Shown piece by piece: positions 19,143-27,960 of a stretch of DNA of 64,000 bases. Every line of letters starts with the position of its first letter. Position 1 is the first letter of the stretch. A program made the position numbers and the translations under genes. Below the pieces are notes generated by a model that made no database searches, had not been told where the DNA came from, and saw only the letters and a program-made list of their open reading frames with translations. The stretch is taken from NCBI GenBank assembly GCA_902802355.1, contig CADCLU010000005.1, positions 664 to 64,663 on the forward strand, given 5' to 3'. This stretch comes from an uncultured Erysipelotrichaceae bacterium. Lineage in GTDB: Bacteria > Bacillota_I > Bacilli_A > RFN20 > CAG-826.

Positions 19143-19928
19143 CTATTGCCCGGCTTGGCTCATATGTTCTTCCCAATCACTAGGAAGGGTAATTGAGAAA
19201 TTGCTCAGCGCTTTGGAGTTGATTTCGTATGTTTGTTTTTCGTTAATTGCGCCTGATGACCTACTGCTCTCAAGTTTTGCGTACGACAGGAGGTAGTTGT
19301 CGTAAGCCATTTTGAAATACTGTTTCCCGTTGAGGTTGCCTTCATAGGTGGTCTGCGACATCTCGATGGTGAGATTGCCATCCCCTTTTGAGTAATACTT
19401 CGTCGAGAATGGATAGCTTTCCTCAAACATCTCGGCGTAATACAGAGGATCGCGAACGTCTAGGAACGCTTCAAGAGGAAGCATGAGGATGGAAGGAACT
19501 ATGGTTCCGCATGAGGAATACTCTTCATCCTCAATGGCATAGACTTCCGTATAGCTTTCCTTGACCGTTATGTTGTTGACCTCAGAATAAACCACTTTTC
19601 CATATTTCTCATTGTCCACCGCATACATGGTGAGCTCGCTTTTGACCTCGTTGTAGTTTACGGATGCCGAAAGGTAAAAGCTGCCTTTTTCATCAGCCTG
19701 ATAAAGGAGGTTCGATTGATATTTGAATTCCAAAGCATCTGCATTGGTTTGAACTATGGAGGTGGATATGGTCGCTTCGTAATTATTGACTTCTTTTGTT
19801 TTTACGGAGATGGCTTGCTCAAGCTCTTTGACTCTTACTGTGTCACTCGTAATGTCTTGGCCGTAATTTTGGCAAGAAGAAAGAACGGCAGTCGCTAATA
19901 AAGGCAGTATCGCGTGTTTCTTTTTCAT
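19143..19928 (-). CDS. Lipoprotein, tandem paralog family member 4 of 5
   Basis: MKKKHAILPLLA..LSSCQNYGQ; KYYSKGDGNLTI and ITLPSDWE. Confidence 0.85.
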   Translation of the reverse strand: MKKKHAILPLLATAVLSSCQNYGQDITSDTVRVKELEQAISVKTKEVNNYEATISTSIVQTNADALEFKYQSNLLYQADEKGSFYLSASVNYNEVKSELTMYAVDNEKYGKVVYSEVNNITVKESYTEVYAIEDEEYSSCGTIVPSILMLPLEAFLDVRDPLYYAEMFEESYPFSTKYYSKGDGNLTIEMSQTTYEGNLNGKQYFKMAYDNYLLSYAKLESSRSSGAINEKQTYEINSKALSNFSITLPSDWEEHMSQAGQ

Positions 19929-19942
19929 GGTTATGTCCCCGT

Positions 19943-19985
19943 TTCACAATAAACATACTACTTTTGGCATTCGTAAATCTAGACC
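19943..19985. repeat. Intergenic repeat B1 (promoter region)
   Basis: 43 bp identical to 20838..20880. Confidence 0.92.
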
Positions 19986-20036
19986 CCTAAGGGAAAATTT
20001 GCGAAAGAAAAAGCCAGGATTTTCCTGGCTTAGTTA

Positions 20037-20822
20037 TCAAGCAACCGAAGAAGATTCTTTAATACGCTCTTCCCAATCATCAGGGAGGTTAACTGAGAAA
20101 TCGTCTAGTTGTTTGAAGTTGATTTCGTAAGCTCCTTTTGAGGTGCTGGAGCCAACATGCCACCCGTCTTTTTCGATTTTTGCATATGACAGGAGATTGT
20201 TATCGTAAGTCATTCTGCAATAAAACTTGGTGTCCGGACTCCCTTTGTATTCTGTTCTAGACATCTCGATGGTGAAATTGCCATCCCCTTTTGAGTAATA
20301 CTTCGTCGGATCGGGGTGGTAATCGACAAGTCTATCTACATAAAGAGAGGGATCCCGAATGGAGTCATACTCTCTAAGAGAACTCGAAAAATACGATGGA
20401 AGCAAAGATAGCGGTGTGACTTCATAGGTTACGCCACGGACCTTGATCGATTGAGTTCTTTTGCCTATGACACGATAATCTTCATAAACCACTGTGTCGT
20501 ATTTTGAGTCATTCACAACATAATAGACGCTCTCGCTTTTTACTTCGTTGATTTCCAAAGATGCAAAGACAAAAAAGTTGCCTTTTTCGTCAACACGGTA
20601 AATAAGATCCGAGTTGTAATGCTCAAAGGTCCCATATTCGGTTTTAGTGACATCTGCGACGACATGAACCTCATAGCTCTTGATATAGTTCATTTTCCAA
20701 GAGATATCTTTCTCAAGTTCGTTGATTCGAGTTTTGTCGCCCGTGATCTCTTGACCATAGTTTTGGCAAGAGGAGAGGACGGTCATGGCTAATAACGGCA
20801 ATATCGCATGTTTCTTTTTCAT
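20037..20822 (-). CDS. Lipoprotein, tandem paralog family member 5 of 5
   Basis: N-terminus nearly identical to member 4; KYYSKGDGNFTI and VNLPDDWE. Confidence 0.85.
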   Translation of the reverse strand: MKKKHAILPLLAMTVLSSCQNYGQEITGDKTRINELEKDISWKMNYIKSYEVHVVADVTKTEYGTFEHYNSDLIYRVDEKGNFFVFASLEINEVKSESVYYVVNDSKYDTVVYEDYRVIGKRTQSIKVRGVTYEVTPLSLLPSYFSSSLREYDSIRDPSLYVDRLVDYHPDPTKYYSKGDGNFTIEMSRTEYKGSPDTKFYCRMTYDNNLLSYAKIEKDGWHVGSSTSKGAYEINFKQLDDFSVNLPDDWEERIKESSSVA

Positions 20823-20837
20823 GGTTTTTACCTTCGA

Positions 20838-20880
20838 TTCACAATAAACATACTACTTTTGGCATTCGTAAATCTAGACC
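20838..20880. repeat. Intergenic repeat B2
   Basis: 43 bp identical to 19943..19985. Confidence 0.92.
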
Positions 20881-20941
20881 TCTAGGCAAGAATTTGTAAA
20901 AGAAAAAGTCGGCTATTGCCGACTTAGTTCATTTTGTTTAG

Positions 20942-21814
20942 TTAAGCGATTGGGTGTTCGCCGTCGTTGAGATAGAGGATACCAAGGGTGTTTGGACCGC
21001 AATGGCAGGAGATTGTCGCGCCTGCATAGGTCTCATAAACGTGCTTGAAGCCTTCTCTCTCAAGTCTTTCTTTGACCCAAGCGACGATTTTGTGATCCTC
21101 TTCACCATAAATGGTGTGGGTGATGAAGACGATCTCTTTGTCTGGGTTATTGAAGGTCTTGAGTGTCTCTTCGACGTAGTCTGGGCACCACTTCTTGACT
21201 GGGCCACGGAACTTCTTGCCGCTTTCCATCTTGCCGGTGTCGGTCTTCATTAAGATCTGTGGGCGGAGGTGCAATAGGTTAGCGCCGAATCTTGCCATGG
21301 CTGAGCATCTTCCTCCTTTGTAGAGGAACTCGACGGTCTCGAAGCAGAAGGAAGTCTGGTTGTTTGGGATACGTTCCTCAACGAGCTTGACGATCTCTTC
21401 CGCGGATTTGCCAGCCTCAACGAGTTTGGCAGCGTAGATGCACTCGAGAGCGACGCCCGTGGAAAGGGAACGGCTATCGATGACGTGGACCTTGCCACCG
21501 AAGGCTTCGGAAGCGTTCACCGCGTTGTTATAGGCGCAAGAGATGCCAGAGCTAAGGCAGATATGGATCTGCTCGTCATAGTCCTTAAGGACTGAGGTGA
21601 AGAATTCGGTGTATTCCATCTCGTTGACGGCGCTTGTTCTTCCTAACTGGCCGGTCTTCATCGTGTAGTCGATGAGGTCTTTGCCGGTGATGATTCCATC
21701 TGGTTCGCTTCTCTCGCCAAGGGTGACGGTAAATGGAATGGTGATGATGTTATATTTCTTGAGGAGATCCTGTGATAAGTCACAGGTTGTCTCGGTTGTG
21801 ATTGCAATTTTCAT
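20942..21814 (-). CDS. DegV family fatty-acid-binding protein (FakB-like)
   Basis: ETTCDL, LSSGISCAY, IDSRSLSTG, LYKGGR and SCHCGPNTLGI motifs. Confidence 0.93.
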   Translation of the reverse strand: MKIAITTETTCDLSQDLLKKYNIITIPFTVTLGERSEPDGIITGKDLIDYTMKTGQLGRTSAVNEMEYTEFFTSVLKDYDEQIHICLSSGISCAYNNAVNASEAFGGKVHVIDSRSLSTGVALECIYAAKLVEAGKSAEEIVKLVEERIPNNQTSFCFETVEFLYKGGRCSAMARFGANLLHLRPQILMKTDTGKMESGKKFRGPVKKWCPDYVEETLKTFNNPDKEIVFITHTIYGEEDHKIVAWVKERLEREGFKHVYETYAGATISCHCGPNTLGILYLNDGEHPIA

Positions 21815-21880
21815 GAAAGTTCTCCTAAAACGTTCTCGAAAAGAATACTAGATTATTCAAAAGAATAAAAGACCGTTGGT

Positions 21881-22177
21881 TTATTTGAATAGGCCCATGA
21901 TCGCGGTGATGAGGAAGAAAAGCCCGACAAGAACCGCGGCGATGAGGGCGTAGGCAAGAAGGTACAAGAGACCTCTTGTGACAAGGTCCTCTTTCTTTTT
22001 GGACCAGGTTGAGGAGAGATAGAACGCCCCAACGAAGATGAGAGGCTCGAAGGCGTAGTTAAGGGTACCACCCACTACTGGGATGAGGACAATTACGCTT
22101 TGAGGGATCAGCCAGAGTCTTATGAGGGTGCATAAGACGAGGATCATGCTGTAAATGACGAGTTTTCCGTTTTTCAT
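21881..22177 (-). CDS. Small hypothetical membrane protein
   Basis: Three hydrophobic segments; ATG 22177 with AAAGGA upstream, directly after guaD. Confidence 0.7.
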   Translation of the reverse strand: MKNGKLVIYSMILVLCTLIRLWLIPQSVIVLIPVVGGTLNYAFEPLIFVGAFYLSSTWSKKKEDLVTRGLLYLLAYALIAAVLVGLFFLITAIMGLFK

Positions 22178-22181
22178 GTTG

Positions 22182-23450
22182 TTATTTCCTTTCATAGACC
22201 TTACGGCCATCAATGTATTTGGCTACTAAGAAGCTTTCGCTTGCATTGTACATCAATCTCTCAAGCCTGTCCTCGATTCCGAACTTCATGCTTGATGGAT
22301 CGCCATTGACGTCATCGATGACGAGGATGTCGGCGTCATACCCTTCCATGAAGGAACCGGCTTTGCCAAAATATGAGGCTCCACCCAAGGTGCCGATATA
22401 GAGGGCTTCCTTGGCATTAAGAGGTTTGTAATTATTCCTTCCTCCGTGGTTGATGACCTTGGAGAGCTGGATGGCGAGCTTGAGATTGGCGAAGAGATTG
22501 AGGGTGCTTCCCCCTGCCACGTCCGAGCCGATGCCGACATGCATTCCATAGTCGAGATACTTCCTGACAGGCATGATTCCGCCTGTGGTGACGTTGGTGT
22601 TGCTCTCTGGGCAATGGACGAGATAGACGTCTTTCTCTTTGAGAGTCTTCATCTCCTCATCGGTGACGTAGATGCAATGTGCCATGACGGAATGCTCGAG
22701 AAGGCCCACTCTGTCGTAGGTGTCCGTGTATGATTTGGCATCCGGGCAAAGCTCTTTGACGAAGGCGATCTCTTCCTCATTCTCATCTAGATGAGACTGC
22801 GAGGCCACGCCGTATTCTTTCCTCACTTCCCCTAGCATCTTCATCATCGGATCGGTGCAGCTGACGGTGAATCTTGGGGTGATGCATGGTTTGACGTGCT
22901 TGAAATCTTTTAAGCGTTTGATGAGCTCGATGTTGTCTTTCCTTGCTCCTTCAACCGTCTGGGAAATGTAGTCAGGGCAATTCCTATCCATGTCGACGAT
23001 GCCGACATAGGCGTCGATGCCTGCTTTCTCAAGGAGTTCGCAAAGGATATATGTTCCTTCGAGATGGATGGTCGCGAAGATGACCGCTTTGGTGGTGAAA
23101 CTCTTCTTTAGGCAATCGACGAAGACTTTGTAGGCCTTTTTGGCGTGTTTCTCGTCTTTGAAGGCCGCTTCCCTAGGGAAGGTATATTTGTCGAGCCACT
23201 CAAGAAGGGTGGCATCCATGAGGGTACCTTTATAGGCGAACTGGGAGGCATGGAGATGGAGATCGGCCATACCTGGGAGAATGAGTTTGCCAGTGTAATC
23301 GATGAGCTTCTTTTTCTTTAACTCTTTCGGGAGGGATTTCATGGCTTTGACGATCTTGCCGTCTTTGACATGGAGATAGCCGTTATGGATGCTTACGAAT
23401 TCGCTGAGGCTCTTGTTATAGGCGATATCGCCTTTGACGATGTACTCCAT
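22182..23450 (-). CDS. guaD: Guanine deaminase (amidohydrolase family)
   Basis: DLHLHASQF, LLEWLDKYTFPRE, ITPRF, QSHLDEN, MAHC and GSDVAGG motifs. Confidence 0.9.
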   Translation of the reverse strand: MEYIVKGDIAYNKSLSEFVSIHNGYLHVKDGKIVKAMKSLPKELKKKKLIDYTGKLILPGMADLHLHASQFAYKGTLMDATLLEWLDKYTFPREAAFKDEKHAKKAYKVFVDCLKKSFTTKAVIFATIHLEGTYILCELLEKAGIDAYVGIVDMDRNCPDYISQTVEGARKDNIELIKRLKDFKHVKPCITPRFTVSCTDPMMKMLGEVRKEYGVASQSHLDENEEEIAFVKELCPDAKSYTDTYDRVGLLEHSVMAHCIYVTDEEMKTLKEKDVYLVHCPESNTNVTTGGIMPVRKYLDYGMHVGIGSDVAGGSTLNLFANLKLAIQLSKVINHGGRNNYKPLNAKEALYIGTLGGASYFGKAGSFMEGYDADILVIDDVNGDPSSMKFGIEDRLERLMYNASESFLVAKYIDGRKVYERK

Positions 23451-23469
23451 TCTCTCTCCTTTCTGATAG

Positions 23470-23560
23470 AAAAAGCCCCGCTGAAAGGGGCTCTTAGGTC
23501 ATATGTTCCTAGAGGATTCTCCTGAGTTATTCATGAGTGATTTGACCCTAGAGAATTCCA
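23470..23560 (-). promoter_or_regulatory. Candidate attenuator/riboswitch leader of guaD
   Basis: Extended -10 TGcTAGAGT, a structured ~90-nt leader, then terminator gagcccc-N7-ggggcttttt about 10 nt before the SD. Confidence 0.55.
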
Positions 23561-23612
23561 TGTGATTACTCTAGCACAGGATATCTTAATATCCTATTTG
23601 TTTTTCATCTTC

Positions 23613-24182
23613 TCAAGAAGCCTTGGACCATCCTGGAAGGAGGTCAGCGGAGTTGACCAGATTTACGGTTTTATCTTCGTCGACCCAATAATAGATATCG
23701 AAGTAACCCGGTGGATAGCTGAACTCACCGCTAAAGTAAAAGTCTTCATCGGAATCGCGATCTAGCGAGTACACTAGAAGAATCCTGATAGAACCGCTTC
23801 CCGGAATGAAAAATCTGGAGTCGAGATGCAGTTTTGCCTCTTTGCTATAGAAGTATTTATACCAGCCGTCGTCCCCTTTTTTGTATTCATAAAAACAATC
23901 CTTATTGCGATCGGTGATCGTGTAAATTCGCTCATAGTCATCACAGACTTCGTTTTTGGCGAGGAACATGTACTTTTCATTCAAACGGTGGTCACCAAAC
24001 ACCTGGCTTCTGTCATATAGGCCGAAATAAGCGGTCAAATCGACACCATCATCGAGTTCAAAGCGAACCGCGTTCGAATCTTGAAGATCTTTTATCGTGA
24101 AACGAGGCGAATCGTCACTAGGCGGACAAGAGGTCAACAAAGGCAAAAACGCCAGCAAAAGGAGTCTGGATTTCTTTTTCAT
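23613..24182 (-). CDS. Hypothetical lipoprotein (paralog of 24179..24895)
   Basis: MKKKS..LPLLTSCPPS; shares DLT..GLY, YERIY and EAK.H.DS with its neighbour. Confidence 0.8.
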   Translation of the reverse strand: MKKKSRLLLLAFLPLLTSCPPSDDSPRFTIKDLQDSNAVRFELDDGVDLTAYFGLYDRSQVFGDHRLNEKYMFLAKNEVCDDYERIYTITDRNKDCFYEYKKGDDGWYKYFYSKEAKLHLDSRFFIPGSGSIRILLVYSLDRDSDEDFYFSGEFSYPPGYFDIYYWVDEDKTVNLVNSADLLPGWSKAS

Positions 24183-24895
24183 GCCACTGCCTCACTTGAC
24201 TCTAATGGTTCCTCGGTAGAAAGGAGTTCTTCTTCGCTAGACTCTAAAGACTCCTCGGTAGAAATAGTATCTTCCTCGCTAGAAGAAGCTTGTGATTCTA
24301 TAGAGGACTCTTCTGAAGCGGAATAGTTTGGAAGTCTTTCACGGTAGGTCGAGACATAGACGGTTTGGTCTTCAGCGATGTAATAGTAGAAAGGCTGATA
24401 ATCAACGTATCCGCTATAATAGAAAAGAGATTTGCTGTCATAGAAATTTTTCTCGGGGCTGTATCCCTCTACCTGCGCCAAAACAACCGTAAAAACATCG
24501 TTATCACTATTGAAGTATTTGGAGTCTATATGTATTTTGGCCTCTGAGGTATAAGTGTATCCATTTCCGTTTCTCGGCTCTTTCCAATAGTGCTGGGAAT
24601 TAGGCGTTGGGACCTCATAAATGCGTTCATATCGCACGGATGATTGATATGGGTCCTTGGCGTTTGCGACGAGGAACATGAATTTATCGGAAGTTGAGCT
24701 GCCGCGGTAACCCAATGATTTGTTATAGAGACCATAAGAAAGCGTCAGATCAAGTCCATCCTCCAAATCAAACCAAAGCATTTTGTTGTAATAAGGAAAC
24801 TCTTCTACATCGAAAAGAGGGCCATCAAGACTTGGTGGACACGAAGTCAATAAAGGCAAAAGCAGCAATAACAGCAAATTGGATTTCTTTTTCAT
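24179..24895 (-). CDS. Hypothetical lipoprotein with acidic Ser/Glu tail
   Basis: LPLLTSCPPS lipobox; C-terminal EES..ESS repeats. Confidence 0.8.
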   Translation of the reverse strand: MKKKSNLLLLLLLPLLTSCPPSLDGPLFDVEEFPYYNKMLWFDLEDGLDLTLSYGLYNKSLGYRGSSTSDKFMFLVANAKDPYQSSVRYERIYEVPTPNSQHYWKEPRNGNGYTYTSEAKIHIDSKYFNSDNDVFTVVLAQVEGYSPEKNFYDSKSLFYYSGYVDYQPFYYYIAEDQTVYVSTYRERLPNYSASEESSIESQASSSEEDTISTEESLESSEEELLSTEEPLESSEAVA

Positions 24896-24989
24896 GGTCT
24901 GCCCCTTTCAAAAGACAATGGAAAAGCGACTATCGACATTATGCTACTTTCTTTAATTGAAAAGGAATACCTATAAAGAAAAAGCAAGA

Positions 24990-25523
24990 CTATATCTTGC
25001 TTCCAAATTCATATGCGCCTTTAAGCTGTTCTTCTGTGATGTCCCCTACATCATTAAGGGCGAGGCCATCATAGGAGCCTTTGTACTCGACCCCATCGAA
25101 GCATTCGACCCAGCCTTCGATGGCGGCAGTCGGTTTTTTGACCGCTTCAGGATTATCGTCCGCGCAGGTGAAGAGGGCGTACACCTCTTTGAACTTCCTG
25201 TCTTCTCTTGGGTAGAGAGGGTTCATTCTGTCGAGGAAGGTCTTAAGCTGACCGGAGATCGAATAGTAATAGATAGGAGTGACGAAAACGAGGGTATCTG
25301 CGCCGTTAACGTCCTCAATCACGTCTTTGACGCTGTCATGGAGGACGCATTTGCCAGTCTCTTGGCAAGTCATGCAGCCGATGCAGTATTTCAAATCCAT
25401 GCGGGAAATGTCGATGATTTTGACCTCATTATGCTCTTTTAGGCCCTTAACCATCTCATTCATGAGGGTTTTGGAAGTGCTTTTCGCTCTTAAGGAAGAA
25501 GTGATGACAGTGACTTTTTTCAT
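24990..25523 (-). CDS. Flavodoxin family / iron-sulfur flavoprotein (FMN reductase-like)
   Basis: SSLRAKSTS; CIGCMTCQETGKC; TPIYYYSISGQLKTFLDR. Confidence 0.88.
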   Translation of the reverse strand: MKKVTVITSSLRAKSTSKTLMNEMVKGLKEHNEVKIIDISRMDLKYCIGCMTCQETGKCVLHDSVKDVIEDVNGADTLVFVTPIYYYSISGQLKTFLDRMNPLYPREDRKFKEVYALFTCADDNPEAVKKPTAAIEGWVECFDGVEYKGSYDGLALNDVGDITEEQLKGAYEFGSKI

Positions 25524-25532
25524 AATATTCCC

Positions 25533-26297
25533 CTACTTTATTTCTTTGACTGAGTCATTCGTGTAGATGAGGGTCGTATCTTCAACGACTGAGTTGACGA
25601 TGAAGACGTTTGAACCGATGGTGACGTTCTCACCGATGACGGTATCTCCCCCAAGGATTGAAGCACCGCTATAGATGGTGACGTTGTCCTTGATTGTTGG
25701 GTGGCGTTTGATTCCGCTTAAGGCCCTACCCTCTTTCAAAGAAAGAGCGCCTAAAGTAACGCCATGATAAATCTTCACGTGTTTACCGATCTCTGCAGTC
25801 TCTCCGACGACGATTCCGGTTCCATGGTCGATGAAGAAAGGAGAGCCGATCTTCGCGCCTGGATGGATGTCGATGCCAGTAAGGCTATGGACCTTCTCGG
25901 AGATGATGCGAGGGATATATGGGATATCAAGCTCATAGAGAGCGTGCGAGATTCTGTAATAGGTGATGGCGAGGAAGCCTGGGTAAGCGTAGACGACCTC
26001 AGAGAGGGATTCGCATGCTGGGTCGCTTTCGTAGAAGAAGTCGAGGTCAGCGTATAATTCCTCTTCGATCACAGGGATTTTCTTTAAGAAAGAGTCACAC
26101 TTCTCTTCATCTATGGAGATATATTCGATGAACATGTTCTTGATGCGGGAAAGAAGGCTTTTCTTGTGCTCTTCCACGCTGTCATGAAGGGTGTCGAAAG
26201 CGCCAGGGAAAAGGTATCTCTTCATGAGATCCATGAATTTGTCTAACTCTTCGTAATGAGGCCTTCTCTCGTTTTTGAACACTCTAGATGATTCCAT
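25533..26297 (-). CDS. cysE: Serine O-acetyltransferase (CysE/EpsC type)
   Basis: DPA, YPG, TGIDIHPGAKIG, FIDHGTG, GVTLGA and KRHPTI motifs. Confidence 0.9.
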   Translation of the reverse strand: MESSRVFKNERRPHYEELDKFMDLMKRYLFPGAFDTLHDSVEEHKKSLLSRIKNMFIEYISIDEEKCDSFLKKIPVIEEELYADLDFFYESDPACESLSEVVYAYPGFLAITYYRISHALYELDIPYIPRIISEKVHSLTGIDIHPGAKIGSPFFIDHGTGIVVGETAEIGKHVKIYHGVTLGALSLKEGRALSGIKRHPTIKDNVTIYSGASILGGDTVIGENVTIGSNVFIVNSVVEDTTLIYTNDSVKEIK

Positions 26298-26424
26298 GCT
26301 GTTCCCTTTTCTTTCTTGCACTGGAAACATTCTACTATGTTTCGCTAGCAAAAACCCTTTAATGATTCAAAAAGAAAACAAGGAACGCTTTTTGGGCGTT
26401 CCCTGTTCTTATTGAAAGGGCTTA

Positions 26425-27960
26425 TTAAGCGGCGATTGGCTTAAGTGAGAAGTAGTCAAGCTCTGGGCCATCTTCAATCGCGGTCATCGCGATGGTGTTA
26501 GTGCCAACGGTGACATTGACGGTGCCAAGTTCGACCTGGACATAGTCCGCTCCCCAACCGCTTGATAAGGCCTGGGCTGGGAGGGTTTTGCCAGCAAGAG
26601 AGACATCGACGGTGTTGAACGTGAGGCTCATTGCCGCTCCAAGATCCATGTCTTCGTACTGATAGGAGCTATTCATCTTTGGTTTGCCAGTCATGTAGAG
26701 TTTCATCTCCTTGGCTTCGGTGGCTTCGAAGGTGACGGTTAAGGTCTCACCGGCTGGCCAAGTGGAGATAGTGGTTCCGCTTGCTGGGGTGCCTCCGCCC
26801 ATGCTCCAAGGAGTAGTCGCTTTGATGGCGCCTTCTTCAGTGACACCGGTTTCGGCTTCGACTTGGATTTCGCCAACTGCTTTCTTAGGAGTGACGTTGA
26901 TGGTGACTCTAGCGCCATACATGCCATCTTTCTTGGCAGTGATCTTGACCTGTCCGGTAGCAACGCCGGTGACAAGACCGTTTTCGTCGACGGTAGCGAC
27001 CGTCTCGTCGCTAGAGAGATAAGTAAGCTCAGTCGTCTCTGAAGTGATTTGGAGGGTATCCCCCACTTCGATTGTGAGACTCTCTTCGGTATTGGTGATG
27101 GCAATGGTTTCTTTGGCTGGGGCCGCGACGGTTGCGATGGTCGTATCCGCAGAGCCATAGACCTCTAAGTAATCAAGAGAGAGACCGCCTGCAAGCATCG
27201 TGAGCTCAAGGGTGTTCTCGCCTTGGATGAGGTTGACGGTTCCTAAAGAGACCTCTGCCCAAGTGGTGTTATATCCATCGACCGTGATCTCACCTTGGAT
27301 GGTAAGGTCGGCTCCATTGAACTTCGCTGACATGGCTTCGCCAACATTGACGGTCGAAGAGGCTCCAATATAAGCAAGAAGCTCAGCTTGTTCGGCTTTG
27401 CTTGCGGTGAATTTGAGGGTTTCTTTATCGCCTTCGCCGAAGCTTCCGATATAGGTGGTTCCGTCATCGTTTGTGGTGACTGGGGTGGCAGATCCGTTTC
27501 CGAATTCCATTCCGAAGAATGAGGTTGAATACCAACCATCGGCACTGACGTGGTCAGCATCTTCGAATTCGACTTTGCCGCTGGCTGGATTTCTTTCGAC
27601 GGTGATGCTCATGCTTCCTTTGCGGTAGCCTTCTTTTTCTGCGCTGATGGAGGCGGTTCCAAGTCCGGTGGCGGTGACTTTGCCAGTCTGGTCGACGGTT
27701 GCGACTTTCTCATCGGATGACTTGTAGGTGGCGCCTTCGACGCTCGATTTGATCTGGAGGGTTTCGCCGACATGGAGGGTCTTAGAACCTTCGGTGGTGA
27801 GCTCGATCTTCTCTAACTGACTGCTAGAGGCAGTGCTGGTTTGGCTTCCAGCTGGAGTTGACTCATCGGCTTTGCTTGCCCCGCCATTGCCGCCACAAGA
27901 GGCTAAGCACATCGTCAAAGCGAGGGAAGAAAGAAGGGTCAAGGCTTTGATTTTTTTCAT
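26425..27960 (-). CDS. Surface lipoprotein with duplicated [Ig-like Big_2 + CBM6/35-like] modules
   Basis: LASC lipobox; two SSDE.VATVD..G.VT (Big_2) motifs, each followed by a EFE/EAE...GxNT..LDY jelly-roll-like segment. Confidence 0.78.
   Translation of the reverse strand: MKKIKALTLLSSLALTMCLASCGGNGGASKADESTPAGSQTSTASSSQLEKIELTTEGSKTLHVGETLQIKSSVEGATYKSSDEKVATVDQTGKVTATGLGTASISAEKEGYRKGSMSITVERNPASGKVEFEDADHVSADGWYSTSFFGMEFGNGSATPVTTNDDGTTYIGSFGEGDKETLKFTASKAEQAELLAYIGASSTVNVGEAMSAKFNGADLTIQGEITVDGYNTTWAEVSLGTVNLIQGENTLELTMLAGGLSLDYLEVYGSADTTIATVAAPAKETIAITNTEESLTIEVGDTLQITSETTELTYLSSDETVATVDENGLVTGVATGQVKITAKKDGMYGARVTINVTPKKAVGEIQVEAETGVTEEGAIKATTPWSMGGGTPASGTTISTWPAGETLTVTFEATEAKEMKLYMTGKPKMNSSYQYEDMDLGAAMSLTFNTVDVSLAGKTLPAQALSSGWGADYVQVELGTVNVTVGTNTIAMTAIEDGPELDYFSLKPIAA

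Noticed and set aside
17217-20880. CRISPR-like array suggested by recurring intergenic repeats
   Set aside because: The repeats are separated by ~800-nt genes, fall into two types, and no cas genes are present.
16368-20930. Integron cassette array, shufflon or DGR as an explanation for the lipoprotein array
   Set aside because: No integrase, invertase or reverse transcriptase in the window; no attC-like GTT...AAC arms; all genes are co-oriented; no adenine-specific TR/VR pair was seen.
23470-23560. Canonical guanine/adenine or ykkC riboswitch before guaD
   Set aside because: Lacks the purine AUAUGG, UUUCUACC and CCGUAAA motifs; only a short CUAGGGU resembles ykkC. Kept as an unassigned candidate.
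24957-25442. 161-aa plus-strand ORF
   Set aside because: Antisense to a clear flavodoxin-family gene; no recognisable motifs.
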